A DNA stretch of 64,000 nt from contig OZ037770.1 of the NCBI GenBank assembly GCA_964035545.1, positions 5,838,729-5,902,728 of the forward strand. Reading direction: 5' to 3'. The position numbers were made by a program, and so were the translations under genes. Under the pieces are notes generated by a model. That model did not search any database and was not told where the DNA came from. It saw nothing but the letters and a program-made list of their open reading frames with translations. The DNA is from Bugula neritina (lineage: Eukaryota > Animalia > Bryozoa). Below are positions 13,372 through 49,876 of this stretch, in pieces; the first letter of the stretch is position 1; each line of letters starts with the position of its first letter.

Positions 13372-16300
13372 TAGTCTGGCAGAACTGGGGGTTAGGTTCG
13401 CAATCTCGGATAAAGTTTTTTTCTCTTTTCATTATTTATCTTGAGGGTCCAGGTACATGTTTCCAGGTGGGTGTGGACCTGCCACCCTTGAGCATTTCGA
13501 GAAATGCAAGATGGCCGCCAATTATGAAAAATCGTAATCTAGTAGGCATAAAGTCTATATTATGTTGCAAAAACAAAATTTTTTTTGATGATTCAAATAG
13601 ATGTGCATTTTTGGAATGAATATGTGCCATGCCAGTGAAAAAGGAATCAAAATAAAGAGCCAAGAGACATGTTTCTCAGCTCAAAAATCGGAATTGCTTC
13701 AATAAAACATCACATATGGTGCAGAGAAATGACACAAGGTTTTTGAATAACTGTTTGGACACTGGACAGATATATAAAGAAAAACATTGCTTATTGCCAG
13801 TGAATAGAAAGTTAAAAAAGATACAGATGCAGCATATTGCTCAGCTAAAGTTAAAATGGAACATATATATAATTGTACAAATGCGACAAACTTTCACTCA
13901 TGTTCATATTAAACACCTTTTCATTTTTTTCTATCATTAGCATTTGTCAGAAATGTTAGTTCATTGCAGCACACTCCTGTTGCTGCTTCACAAGGGCAGA
14001 ACTCTGTGCATTGGATAGATGTACTAGAATAGCCACATCTTGTTATTTTGCATGATTGTTGGCTTCCACAGGAGCATTTAATGAATTTGGGCCATTTTAC
14101 TTTATTTAGTACACATCAGCAGATTATGATCAAACATTTTAAAGTTTGCTCAAAATTCATGAAAACTTACTATATGGGGTAATAGACTTTGCTGATTCTA
14201 TCTATGTATAACAAAAATAACTGGGAAGAGGTCCTGCAACATTTAACCGCGGCGTCATTGTCATACGAGCTACATATATATTTGTGAATCATTACGGCCT
14301 ATATAATATCTCAATGTAATAATAAATTAGGAAAAGACATAGAAAATCATGCATAACTGGAAAAGCCTTAATTATTCAGAGTTTTATTTGTTAAAATTTT
14401 AATAGTTTGAGGCAAAAATCTATAAACAATAGCAGCTAAATTGTAAAAAATCGCCAAAAGCTAGAGTCATCGAGTGTACACTGAATTAACTAAAATGATC
14501 CACTTCATAATACTGTCTGGTGTAAGCACAACATCATTTCCTACTTTTTTTGAGAGAAGAGATTTTATTAGATCCCCTTTCACCTACCAATGTTCTAGTG
14601 GGTTTAATGCCAAAGTTTCATATGGCTACCTGGAGGTGTGCTCTGGTGACATTGTCCAATAGCTTCATCTGTAGGAGGCAAAGTACATAAGTTAAAGGCA
14701 CATCGCAAATAGCATTGCTGACCTTGGTTTCCCAAGTCTTTTGTCTTGTAGATGTCATGAAGGAGCACTTTGCATAATTGTAGCAACATAGCATAAACTT
14801 GGTAGCTTGTATGAATAGTCATCCTGAAAAAAAGCACTAGTGTCACCAAATCACACTTTTCTTCTACCAAGACATTTTGTATGACTCCCTTTCCAATATT
14901 TTACATTGTTGCTCCTGAGAGGCCATGGGAAAGCAGCAAATTGTTCATTATAGGACCTTGTCTCGGACTTTCTCACCTAGTATGCTGTGGTCCAGGATGA
15001 GTAGCGGTTTTGCAGGGCACCAAGTGCTATCAGAGAGTGTCATCTGATTCTATTGTCAACATCTTCATCTGAGAAGCCACATTTCAGTATGCCATCCTCC
15101 ACTGTATCCATTAACCTTTTTTTGGCCCCTCTCTTCCTCTTTCTCTATATCTTCATCTCAGCCACCATTATAATACCTTCCTCCCTATCTCTTCTGCGCA
15201 CATGTCCATACCATTGAGGAGGTCTCCTTCTCATGTCTATTGCGATGGCTTCTATTTTGGCCTCCTCCCTTATATTATCATTTGTTACATGGTCTTCCCA
15301 ATTTATATTGTAAATATGTCAAAGCATCCACATCTCAGTTGCACTCATCTGCTTCAATATTGACAAGAGCAACTGGGTGGCATCATTCTTTGAGTGGGTC
15401 ATTGCAGAGTTCAATCTTCCGTTTGACAGACTCCCTGTCCTTTGAATCAGATTGGATTCTTGATTGCATCTCATCATTATGAGTAGTGAAAGCATTTATT
15501 TCAGACTCATCCCTCATGTCACTGAGGCCTTACTGTATCTTGTTGCATGCAAAAGTGCTGTACACCCACACCTTGAGAGTTTCAGATTTAGTGGTGATGC
15601 CAATGATTCCCCCTTGCTGTGACCAAATCTCACGAAAGTCACCTCAATGGTCATGTCCGAGCAGATGCCGTCGAGCTGGCCGCGTTTATGATGCATTGTG
15701 TGGTTACCAGCCGTGAATTCAATCCTCACATCTTGGGGCATGACCTCCATGCTGTGCAGATAGCGCATTTCCTCTTCCATTGCTAGGTGTAAGGCTCAGT
15801 CTCCTTCTTTAACAGCTATGATGTGGGTGTTGATGATAAAAATTGGTCCAATAAAGCACATGACCCACAGTTTTGCTGTTATTGAGCTCTCTGCAATCTT
15901 AATCAACATCTTTTCAAGGTCTTTCATGCTAGTGATTACACTTTCATCCAGAGTAGCTTTAACAGTTCTTCCACCAATATTCTCAAACCTCGTACATTCT
16001 GGGGAAACTTTTTCTATTTAGCATTTTAGAGAAACCACCAAAAGTAGAATTAACTATTTCTACCAAATCACTTTTAGCTATTAGTGTTCCAGTGCACCCA
16101 ACATAGGTCATTAAAAAGGGAGAAATTAATAGTAAACGTTAATGAAAGGAGATTGGTATGAAAAAGGTAGGAAACCACTGTTCTAATAGATGTATTACTT
16201 CCCCCAGCATGAAATACATTTTCATTCATAAAAAACTGTTTACAAATGCTTTTAGAGAAAAAGTCGAATGTGCTGATTGTAGAAATAATTTTGAAAGCAA

Positions 16301-17010
16301 AAATGTCAGATAAATGATGCTTCAATAATAAAGCAATCAAATTATGTTAAGAAGCCATGGTGCTGTGTTATTAAGGTTGTTGACCCCTTTTTATAACTTT
16401 AAAAAACATAGCTAAAGTTTTAAAACTGAAAATAACCATTAAGTTGGCAGCTCAACAAACCTTTTTGATAGGCATGCTAGTTTGAAATAAATTGCTATTT
16501 AGCTCATATGGCAATGACGTTGCATTTTAAGTTTGCAGAACCTCTTTCAGCTTTATTTGGTGGACATATTTGTAATCAGCATATAAAATCACACCATATA
16601 GTAAATTTTCATGAAGTTAGAACAAACTGATGCAGAGATGCAAGGAAATTATAAACACGGCAAGGCTAAAATGAATGATTAAGGCTTAGCTTAGTTACCC
16701 TTGGGTATCATTTGCCTATTACTCAATAATGCACATGATAAAGGCACATGCATCTTCATTATATTAATTTCTAAAGATTTCAAAGCATTGGAACCTTAAA
16801 TTTAGCCCCAATGGGTAGGTACATTTGAATTAGAAAAAATCGTTTGGTGCCTGGCAGCCATTTTGAATTTCTCAAAATGCTCAAGGGTAAGAAGTCCACA
16901 CCCACCTGGAAACATTTACCTAGACCCTATATTTGAATAATCAGGAGAGAAAAAAACTTTATCCGGGGTTGCGAACCTAAGTCAAAAATTGGCATTTTTC
17001 TGCCAGACTA
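13372..17010 (-). mobile_element. AcademX-like DNA transposon remnant (internally deleted, with nested insertions)
   Basis: TAG...CTA termini, ~150-bp imperfect TIRs (TAGTCTGGCAGAA...TTAGGTTCGCAA...GGATAAAG...GGTGGGTGTGGAC...CCCTTGAGCATTT), and a 3-bp TSD TTA (13369-13371, 17011-17013). Internal minus-strand fragments: GNHTMHHKRGQLDGICSDMTIEVTF (15514-15780), LPPTDEA..AHLQVAI (~14620-14690), and Cys-rich KCSCGSQQSCKITRCGY...CTEFCPC..CCN (~13955-14080). Confidence 0.75.
15070..15330 (-). mobile_element. Short LINE 3'-end fragment (RTE-like) nested in the Academ-like element
   Basis: WYGHVRR-like motif and degenerate RxRGxPKxRxxDxV-like codons typical of the RTE C-terminus. Confidence 0.5.
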
Positions 17011-18339
17011 TTAGCTTTATAATTTCTCTCAAGTGCCTCATCATATATGAATTTAGCTTCTTGACTTGTATCATGTAAGCTGTCCATGTTTCGGCCCCAC
17101 ACAGCAAAGTAGGTAAGACTATTGCCTTGTATACTTGGCATTTCACTCGAAGGGACACATGGTGGTTGTGCCACAGTCTTCCTCTCAGTTTCCCATAAGC
17201 TGCACTAGCATTTCCCATCCTAAAGGTCAGCGGCCAAGATATATAAAGTTTTCGCCTGCGCTAGAACTTCATCAAATATACTATAATAAATTGACCAGAA
17301 AGCTGTACTACATGTTGGTTCTTAACTGGATAGAAAAGGCACTCTGTCTTTTTAATATTTATTTTTAGGCTGAACTGTTTAGCAGCTATAAGGAGAATCT
17401 ATCTACTAGCCGCTGTATACTCTCCACATCATGAGCTACCATGCAGAGCACTGTCGTCAGCAAATAGCATTTCTCTTACGAATTTCTGAGATATTTTCGT
17501 TTTTGCTTTAAATTGAGCTACATTGAAAAGGGCTGCATTTTATCTTGTTTGCATCGATACTCAATATTTAAGCTGTCCTTAAAGGCAACCTCCAGCATGG
17601 CTGACAGATAAAGAGAAAAGAGAGTAGGTGCTAGAATACACCTTTGTTTAACACCGTTTGTCACTGCAAACTCTTCAGATTGATCATTTCCATATAATTG
17701 TGTCACGGAAGCTTGCATACCACTATGTAGAAATTTGATAATGTCCACAAATTTGGCAGGGAATCCAAACCTAGCGAGAACCTCTCAGAAGCCATCTCTT
17801 GATACAGATATGTTAAAGGCTTTAGTCAAGTTAATGAACAAAGCGTAAAGCGGCATGTTTTGCTCTATACACTTTTCCTGGGTACATTTACCACGCCTGA
17901 AGCCACCCTGAGACTCTGATAGCACAACCGGAGCAATATGCATGTGAATCCTGTTTAGCAGAATTCGTGAGAGTATCTTCCCAGCAGTTGATAGTAAGGA
18001 TATTTCTCTGCAGTTTCCACAATCTCTTCAGCTGCCTTTCTTGAATATTAAAATGACGCTAGCATCTTGATGTGCCCGTTCTTCTCTCCAGAAAGAACCA
18101 GCTGGTGTAGCTTAGACACATTTCTGATCCTTCATGTTTCCATATTTATGATGGAATTCTACACTTGCCAGGTGCTTGAACTTCACTTGTAGCGTCAATC
18201 GCATCTATTACTTTCCTCGAGTCTGAAGGTTTAAAGAAAGCGTATACCTCCGGTATTTTTTTTATACCGATCGCAGTCCTTACATCCAGAGTACCAGGTA
18301 TATTCAGGAGTTGACCAAGGTGGTCAGCAAATCTGAATG

Positions 18340-18842
18340 AGTGTAATTAATTAATGTAATGAATAGAATTAATTACAATTACAATTACATGATAATTTGT
18401 CAATTACAATAAAAATTATAATTGCAGTTGAAATAAATGTGATGAATTACAATTACAATTGCTTTTGTTGTCACAGGAAACAAATAAAAGATATATAATC
18501 TCACTTCTGGGGTTCAACTACCCAGGTCAATTTTGACAACGGAAGACCTTCTTTGTTCTCAACAGTAACGAATAAGGTGATAAATACAACATTAAATTAA
18601 TTTGAACTTTTTATTAAACAGCAGGCAAGGCAAGAAAATATGAATTCTATAAAATTTAAAAATTTGAAATAATTGTTATGTAATTATAAAGTAATTGTAA
18701 AATGCAATTAGCATAGCAAAGTAATTAATTACAATTACATTTGTATACATCAATTACAAATTAAATTCAATTACTTGAAAAAATGGATTTAGTTACAACC
18801 AATTACCAATTACAATTGCAAACTACAATTACCCCAACCCTG
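18340..18842. mobile_element. AATTAC-rich MITE-like repeat with a hAT-type right end
   Basis: Many (A)ATTAC/GTAAT units ending in CCCCAACCCTG next to (TA)n. Left terminus not found. Confidence 0.45.
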
Positions 18843-18981
<139 letters not shown>

Positions 18982-19037
18982 TTTGTGTCATGCATAACGT
19001 CTAACATAACATAATAATTTTTGAATTTCATTCATTG

Positions 19038-19079
19038 CTACTCTGAAGATGGGTACAGTGGTACCCGAAATATCAGTGT
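19038..19079 (+). ncRNA. Minimal type I hammerhead ribozyme motif
   Basis: CTACT-CTGAAGA-T-GGGTAC-AGTG-GTACCC-GAAA-TATC-AGTGT: catalytic core boxes and a 6-bp stem II. Stem I is partly degenerate in this copy. Confidence 0.7.
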
Positions 19080-19246
19080 AATTACTTTACCTAAAAAAGT
19101 AATAAAGAACAATGTTTCTCGTATACCTATTTATAATATATATATATATATATATATTTAAATATATCTTTACGAGCTAGCAATTTGATTATAAGTAGGT
19201 ATACGAGAAACATTGTTGATTTATTACTTTATTAGGTAAAGTAATT

Positions 19247-19288
19247 CTACTGATATTTCGGGTACCACTGTACCCATCTTCAGAGTAG
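19247..19288 (-). ncRNA. Minimal type I hammerhead ribozyme motif
   Basis: CTACT-CTGAAGA-T-GGGTAC-AGTG-GTACCC-GAAA-TATC-AGTAG: 5-bp stem I (CTACT/AGTAG), loopless self-complementary stem III (ATAT), AUC cleavage triplet. Confidence 0.78.
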
Positions 19289-19420
19289 CAATGAATGAAA
19301 TTCAAAAATTATTACGTTACGTTAGATGTTAAGCATGAATGTGTTCTTTATTGGTTTTATCTTTGAGATTAAAATGTGAACTTAAGGGGGTTCCTTTAAA
19401 TAAAATCCGGGCAGTGAGTT

Positions 19421-19605
<185 letters not shown>

Positions 19606-21150
19606 CATATACATATACAAAACTCGCAGCTTTACAAAGTAAAGCTGTAAGAAGCAACCCCATAGTAAGGTAGTAATGTCTGCATATCTCCCGCAGAGTA
19701 CATTTTTATAGAAACTAGCTCAATTGGTTTTCTAAAAATATCAGCATTGTCACAACCAACAAGAAATTTGGTAGAACAATCCAAAATTAGCAGTAGTTAG
19801 TTTGCGATATGGCTGAAGTGCCATTAATTGTTTAGCTGTCCTTTAATGGCAAATGTGCCTTATTGCATGGAATAAATCTTTGAGTATGTTTTTTTCTGTA
19901 ACAGGTCCACTTTTTTTTTATTGTGTTGTATTGCATTGCAATTTTTTTAGAGTTTTCAAAAGGTTGTAGCTAGAAGCTTCGAATGCAATGTGTGATCTGT
20001 TAGTGTTGACTGTTGTGTACTAAAAGACACAATATATATTGGAGTAAATATGTTGAATAGTCAAGCATAGCAATCTTGCCAGCCCATTCACGGTATTCGT
20101 TTCTTTGGTTGCTGCAAAGTGTCTGATGAAAAAGTATAATAATATGTTGCAGTTTCTTCAGCATTATTCCTGTCAATAGTGTTGTGCTGTTCTTAGCCCG
20201 TGGGGGTCTTTTTGAAAGAACTTACAGCTTTATTTATTGATTCACTTACTTTATGGCTTGGCTCTTCACAGCAAAGCACAGTCGGTTTCTTTGAAGAATT
20301 GTAGTATATTTTTGTATGCAGATTTTGCTAACAAATTACATTGCATGGTGAACTGGTTTCTTTTGTCACACTTCTTACAATAGCACACCTTGTTGCTGAT
20401 CTCTATAGCAATTTGCAGTACTTGGGTTATCTTCTTAGACTAGACAGCTTTCTGATCATTATGCACTATATCTGCTTGAACTGTATATTGTGTGTTGTCA
20501 GACAATCATTTTGATTGGTGCCAAGAATGTAAGAACATTTTAGGTTTTGCTAGTGCTGTTAAAAAATTTCATTTGATGCTTTTATATCACTGCAGTTTAG
20601 ATTACAAACATAATACTTTGGCCATATAGTTAGAAATGTAAATACAGACATCAAATCCTTCTTTAATGAATAAAATTTTTAATTTTCAAGGCTCAACAAT
20701 CTAATGAACAAGCTTCAACTGCCAGGGAGTCTTCCAGCACGCTTGTAGGAGTCGTGCCTACAACTTGATAAAATCAAAATTAAAATAGGAGCACTTCAGA
20801 ATTTTATGAATTTTATCTCAAATTTCCAATTCACATATTTACAAAAATTAAATCATTATAATATATAAGCTTCAACAGCTGACAGGTAATATTCACACAA
20901 GTCACAAAAGCATAAGTTTTACATATCAAATACAAACAAGAAACCTAGTGCTGCTAAAAATGTGTAACTTAAAACTGTTTGAAGCAGCACTGGGTTGGTG
21001 GTCGCTGGTTGCATTGGTTGAAAATACTAAGTTTGGAGTTGGGGTTAGATTTTTGAACAATGAGGTGTATAGAAAAAGCTATACTCGGTCACCCTCAACT
21101 CAATTCTGTTTTTAGCAATATTATATTATGTAACTACTAACTTTTAATAA

Positions 21151-30541
<9,391 letters not shown>

Positions 30542-32459
30542 TCTTCAAATAGCAATTTGCTCCTGGTACACATGACACATCAGTAACTGGAACGCGGCAG
30601 TATTCTTTCATCAGATGTATACGAGAACATAACTCAATAAAATATATTCTACATCTGCAGACTGGATAAAGGAATATAGTGATAAAGAAATGCTCACTTC
30701 AAAACGCGAAGTGAAACAGAATAAATTTGACATCATTTTCTGCCTTAAAAAGTTAGGTTTAAGTGTAGTACCGCAAGTGGCGTGACATGCCAGAAATCAC
30801 TTTTAGCTTAAAAACTGGATGTCATGAGCAGGATTTTCATGCGTCTAGCATGCTGAACGAGTTCAGCGGCAAGCTGGTGTGTGTTTGATCTAATTGGCTT
30901 ACTATCATTTAGCGAGCACATTTCTTTTATTTCAATTCACGCTTAGCTTTTAGCGAACTGAATTAAAACAGTTTCATATAATTTGCATTTCGCTTTTATA
31001 ATATCTAATCTAATCGAATCATTTTGCCGATAACGTAATTTTAAAAACAAATGTCTGTAGGCAAGCATGCAGTAAAGTTTACGCTAACATCATTGGCTAA
31101 TAAATTTTTGCACTCTCGACACACGCACTGTGTGTGGCAGGTCACTAGCGTGTATTCTTGCACGTCGCGAACGTGTAAAAACGTGTCGCGTGGCCCTACA
31201 CTAATAGTTTTCCAACTGCCACATATTTCCAGTATTTAACATTAAGATACTCTATACTCTATATGATAGTTATACTGTTCACAAATTATTTTGTCAGTTT
31301 GGTTTAGCTATTATTATATATAACTAAATTATACTATATGAAACTAATGTGATATGAAAGTTAAATTATATGGCAGCTACACAATATGAACGTCATACTA
31401 TAATACGATAGTTCTGCCATATCATTTCCTAAATTGACTCTTCAGCTGGTTTAGTTATTTTAGTATTTCTAATATTTGTAAAGCTGATAGCAGTTATCAT
31501 AGTATGTTGGTTTAAGTACGAATATAAAGCTAATTTAGCTGCCAATTATCATTTAGCACAAACATATTAAGTTGAAACTTACTTACCTGAAGAAGTGCAA
31601 GGCATCAATTTCCAATTAGTAGATGATAGTTACAAGTTAGCAGGTACAAGTTGGTATTTGCTACTTAGTAGTTAGTGGTTGTTAATTACTAGTTAGTAGC
31701 TTTTATTTATTAGCTGGTAATCGTACTGCGCTGTTTGTACTACTACAGAATGCTTCAAGCCGAGCTATCGCCAAGATGCATTTGACTCTAATTTTACTAT
31801 AGTACCATTCAGCGCCAACAAAGGAAATCATAGTTGATCAATACATTTACTGAATGCACAGTGTAACACAAATGAGCATTGTCATTTCCAGTGTACATTT
31901 AGTATTGTTCAAATTCTTTAACAAAGGCCTTTCTGAGAGAACAAACAATTTGCAAAAATTGTGTTTTCTGTGAATAGATTATGAAGGAACTTAAACTCAT
32001 TCAATCAAATGGACTAATTTATTATAAGGCTGATTTTTTCATTTATACAGTTGTGATGGAAACATCAATGTGAGTTAAAGCAGCATCCAGCTAGCTGAAA
32101 GTGCATGAGGATAATGCAACTATAACACTTAATGGATTGCTCCCATCTTTTGTGCCATATTATCAATACTCACTATAGCACACTCCCACTAGCACACTCC
32201 CACTAGCATACACTCCCAGCAAAGTGATGTACCAAAGGTTGCCTCAATAAAACATTATATCCACCATTATCCATACGATTTATCAAAGGGTACATGGCTC
32301 AAAGTACTACTTATTTACAGAGAACAACTATACGTAAAAAATTGATCCAGTTTCAAAAACCTATGCGCCTTTGTTACATGTTGGCACAAAAAGTCATCAT
32401 GATAAAAATAAATATACTTAGACTCAGAGAAATTATATCTAATAGTTGGAAGAAAGAGG

Positions 32460-32494
32460 ATATATATATATATATGTGTGTGTGTGTATATATA

Positions 32495-32583
<89 letters not shown>
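32460..32583. repeat. (TA)n microsatellite
   Basis: Directly visible. Confidence 0.97.
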
Positions 32584-32587
<4 letters not shown>

Positions 32588-34294
32588 ATGTAGTGGTACC
32601 CATACGGTCCCATACGCCGTATGGCCTAGAAGAAAATAGACTGTTCTAGGCCATACACCCGTATGGGCATAATATTTTTGAAAGATGATTAGTGCACAGG
32701 ATAGTTTGGGCATCCTCACTGAGAATATCATAAATTTCGCTCACAATCTAGTTTAAGTTCTTGTTATGTTGATGCTATGTGGGTGGCATGCGTGTTGCCT
32801 ACTTGTGATTGTTTAGGCTGAGATTACACTATGAATAATAAGAGCTATTAACATTCTGTCTTCTTATCTTTACGTGTTAACTGAAGCGCAAAGTGCTGCG
32901 CATTGGTGATTGCTAAGGAAAAAATATTTCATTTCAGTGTGTAAATCACTAATTTGTAGAAAATCTATGAAGGCTATTGAAAGGATCAAAAAATTTGCTA
33001 TGCATAAATTTCTCAGGTTTCCGACAGTGTTTGTTCTATTCCAATACCATACTTTCCTGCTGAGATATTTGGCAGATTTTGAAAAATAAACTTTCAGATA
33101 AAATTGGCCAAAATGAGTAGTTTTTTGTCTATAACTTTGCAAAAAGATATTGAAAACTCGAAAAAGCAGGTGCTCTGAAGAACACGAAGATCTACAACAT
33201 AGTTTTTAAATTTTTGTTCTAGCACAATTAGGCAGTGACAGCTAGAAGGTTGCCCATATCTATCTTGTGTGGACTTGTATTTTGTCAATAAGCAATAGAA
33301 TTTTGAAAAACCAACATGAAATCCAGAAATAAAATCAAAATGTCTTCAAGAAACAGTACCAGTTATGTAGGTGAGGTTAACGAAAATTTATCACTGAGGT
33401 CTACAGGTACTATGTCCACATTTTGCTCAAAACCTAGTGTTATTGCATGTTAATTATCAATGCAATGAGGTTTTGCAAAACTGTACACCACCATAAGTAA
33501 CCGTTTATGTTTGATTGTACTAACTAACATCTGGCTTTATATTTAATTATCTTCTAGGTTAACACATATTAAACCTGTCAATTTTTTTCGTTTGGGGTAT
33601 GTTTCCTTGATGTGTCTAGTGAAAGTTCAGGGGTTTTATTTTAAAACCAAGTTAACATACTCTTCTTGGGTGTGCTTTATTGTGTTTTAGAAAGTGTGGT
33701 GGTATCTCCTTATGGATTGGACTCCAATAAACTCCAATTAGGTTTTTAACCAATTTATGCTTGCCAATGAGTTATCAATTCAAATTGCTCTTTATAAATA
33801 ACCAACACACATTTTCTGATTTGCCATCTGCCTCTCTTCTGATCTAGTATTCTTTTTCTGGGCACGTCAGTTTATTAGTTATTAATAAAATAATCAGGTT
33901 GCATTTGGAGAGCACTTGTTACCTGCCTCTATCCTTCCATCTTTTTGAGATCTTCAGCAATTTTTCTGTACAGTTTGGACTTGGTGCATGTCAGAACCAA
34001 CCTAACTGCAGTTGAGTAAGACTTTACCTTTAAAATTACAGTCAACAAGTATGGGACAATACTGAATATTTATATAGTTTGCAGCAATGCCCAGTCGTCA
34101 TGTAGCTGGTATGGTATGAAAATAATAGTGAGGTACGTGCACATTTCAACACAGATTTTTTCAGAAGAATTAAAATTCACAATGGCTTTAAATTGCATAA
34201 ATTTGCATCAGAAGAGCTCTGAGGGCTTCGGCGGGGCCCCCTGGACCCCCGGCTTGAGAGTATGGCCTAGAATATTTTTACCACTACATTCCTG
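32583..34294. mobile_element. hAT-like MITE (TAGGGATGTAGTGG...CCACTACATTCCTG) with nested CACAG element at 32695-33269
   Basis: Outer imperfect 14-bp TIR flanked by (TA)n. The inner element CACAGGATAG...CTATCTTGTG is flanked by TG on both sides (2-bp TSD). Confidence 0.8.
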
Positions 34295-34319
34295 TATATA
34301 TATATATTTGGTACTAATA

Positions 34320-35284
34320 TAATTTTGGATATAAAAATAGACTTAAATCTTCATATTATCGACTACAATATTGTTTCACGTAGTGAGAGCTACGATCATC
34401 AGGTCGTTGTGCGTACGCTTGAGTGATTTTGTTTTGAAATTAGTATTGTTAGTGTATTACTACGCTGGAATGTTTCAACTAGCGTCTGTTAAGTGCGCAA
34501 GTAAAAATTTGCGTTTATGTCTACACGTGGTGGAAAGCTCTTTTCGTTTGTTGAGGGAAGATAATTCCGGTTGTTTTAAAATTATATACTTCTCTTCTCA
34601 TGGTTGCATAAGTTACATCTGTTGGTTAGGTTTGAGTACGATTTGCATATTTTTAAAATATTCCATTTTAAGCTGAATTTCGTGTTGTTGTCTTTTAAAT
34701 TCCAGATGTGTCTGCTGAGTTGCGTGCTGTTGGCTTTATTTGCATGTAGGAAAGAGGCTTTGTGGTTATTGAATATGGTTTTGAAGGTAGTCGAACAGAG
34801 TCCTATGTATGAATGGCTGGAATTATTGTCATGTCTTATTACAGTTGCTTGGTATATTACGTCTTTGTATAAGCATTTACCATTCAATGGACAGTGGGAA
34901 GGTTGTTTGCAGTCACATTGTGTGTCATTTAGTTTAGTAGCGGTAGTATAGGGGTGTGTGCGGTTTTAAGTTTGTAATGGTTCGAGCCATCAATAATATT
35001 TTTCATGTTGGGCATGCATGAATAGCTAATTTTTATGGTTTTTCTATTAAAATTTTACTTAGTTGGTTGGATGGTGAAAAGCATTTGTCGATGATTTGAA
35101 AAAATTTCTTCCCTATTTTGGTTTTTACTGTTGAACTAAAAGGTGGGTTGTACCACAATATGTTTATATTTCTATTTTTATTATTGTTGTTGGATTTAGG
35201 TGTTGGGTTATATTTTAATTTATAGTCATATCCACTGTTTGATAGTGCTTCTTGGTACGGTTGTTTGGTGGTAATAAACTCTTC

Positions 35285-35288
<4 letters not shown>
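34320..35288 (-). mobile_element. Penelope-like retroelement 3' remnant (GIY-YIG endonuclease, Naiad-like), 5'-truncated at (TA)n
   Basis: [47 protein letters not shown]...SYIGLCSTTFK..FNNHKASF...LSRHIW...CNLCNHEK, then LNKRKELSTTCRHKRKFLL. Contains frameshifts. Hammerhead motif in the 3' UTR. Confidence 0.88.
34360..34406 (-). ncRNA. Type I hammerhead ribozyme motif in the PLE 3' repeat
   Basis: CGAC-CTGATGA-T-CGTAG-CTCTCA-CTACG-T-GAAAC-AATATT-GTA-GTCG: stem I CGAC/GTCG, stem II CGTAG/CTACG, palindromic stem III ACAATATTGT, GUA triplet. Confidence 0.8.
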
Positions 35289-35658
<370 letters not shown>

Positions 35659-35693
35659 GAAGTAAAATGAGATTTGATTAATATAATGGCGTT

Positions 35694-35740
35694 TATTACT
35701 AGTAGTTTCGTACACAAGAACGATGTGCACTCGTCAGATA
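35694..35740 (-). ncRNA. Type I hammerhead ribozyme motif (inverted twin)
   Basis: Exact reverse-complement copy of 35751-35797. Confidence 0.72.
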
Positions 35741-35750
35741 AATTAGCCAC

Positions 35751-35797
35751 TATCTGACGAGTGCACATCGTTCTTGTGTACGAAACTACTAGTAATA
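35751..35797 (+). ncRNA. Type I hammerhead ribozyme motif
   Basis: TAT-CTGACGA-GTGCACA-TCGTTCT-TGTGTAC-GAAACTACTAGTA-ATA: canonical core, 7-bp stem II, GUA triplet. Stem I is only ~3 bp (truncated). Confidence 0.72.
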
Positions 35798-35899
35798 AAT
35801 GCCATTATATTAATCAAATCTCATTTTACTTCTTCTAATGTTTACGCTCTAGATTTATTTCTATAGAGCACTCTAGTAACGTTTTATAAACACTCATTT

Positions 35900-35941
<42 letters not shown>

Positions 35942-36648
35942 GTGTATATTGTATTCATTCCAACACTGAGGCTCGGTTTCCCTAACTCTTAAATACATAT
36001 TCCTATGTGTCTCAGGTTATTAAAGTTAAATGAAACCATATAAAATATTGATGAAAAGGGAATTTTTACTTAGTGGGAATTAGTTGACAATTTCTATCAG
36101 TGTCATCATCAACATGCAACATGAATGAATGTGATATTGATAGTCTCAAGTAAGTCAGGTACCATCACCATACATTTTAGTTTCTTTATTCACTATAATA
36201 CCGTTATACTTATATGTGATATTGTGATATTGCAATACTGCAATTGTATTATGGAGATATAATGCTGTTATATCACCAAATTGTTTTAAACTGTCATTTT
36301 TTGTTATAATAGTGTTATAAAATTAAAAGAATTAAATAGCATTAAATCTACAATTAGCTTAATTAGGCTGTAAATTTGTGCTTTTCCAGATTGAATTACT
36401 TGAAAGTGTCTGTTCAAAATTCTTAGAAAACACTATCTTTATTAAGCTAATGTATGATCGTTCTACTTTAAGTAAACCTGAGCATGTAGCAAAACACACA
36501 TTTGGTCAAAAGGTGCTCTTGGCAGTTCATTCTGTTTGTAATTTATTTCTTCCAGCTGCTAATTAATAGCTATATAATTTACCATTATTTAGAAAAGGTT
36601 TTATTTTTAAAATGTTTAAAGTGTTAACATTCTAGAAAGAAGAAAATT

Positions 36649-49876
<13,228 letters not shown>

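Larger units (their letters stand above)
13040..18335 (-). mobile_element. Degenerate RTE-clade LINE, split by the Academ-like insertion (pieces 17011-18335 and 13040-13371)
   Basis: Motifs ISLLSTAGKILSRILLNR, NGVKQRCILAPTLFSLY, EMLFADDSAL, VYKAIVLPTLLCGAETW. Beyond the insertion the frame continues T*KDNVSN...LRWTVH...RLPR*LIYSQL. Confidence 0.88.
18988..19338. repeat. Inverted duplication (~150-bp arms) of a Penelope-like terminal-repeat segment between (TA)n arrays
   Basis: Arms ~18988-19136 and ~19189-19338 are reverse complements, and each carries a hammerhead motif. Confidence 0.8.

Noticed and set aside
13955-14080. Host tesmin/TSO1-like CXC gene
   Set aside because: It lies inside a TIR/TSD-bounded element together with transposase-like fragments, so it is part of the Academ-like remnant.
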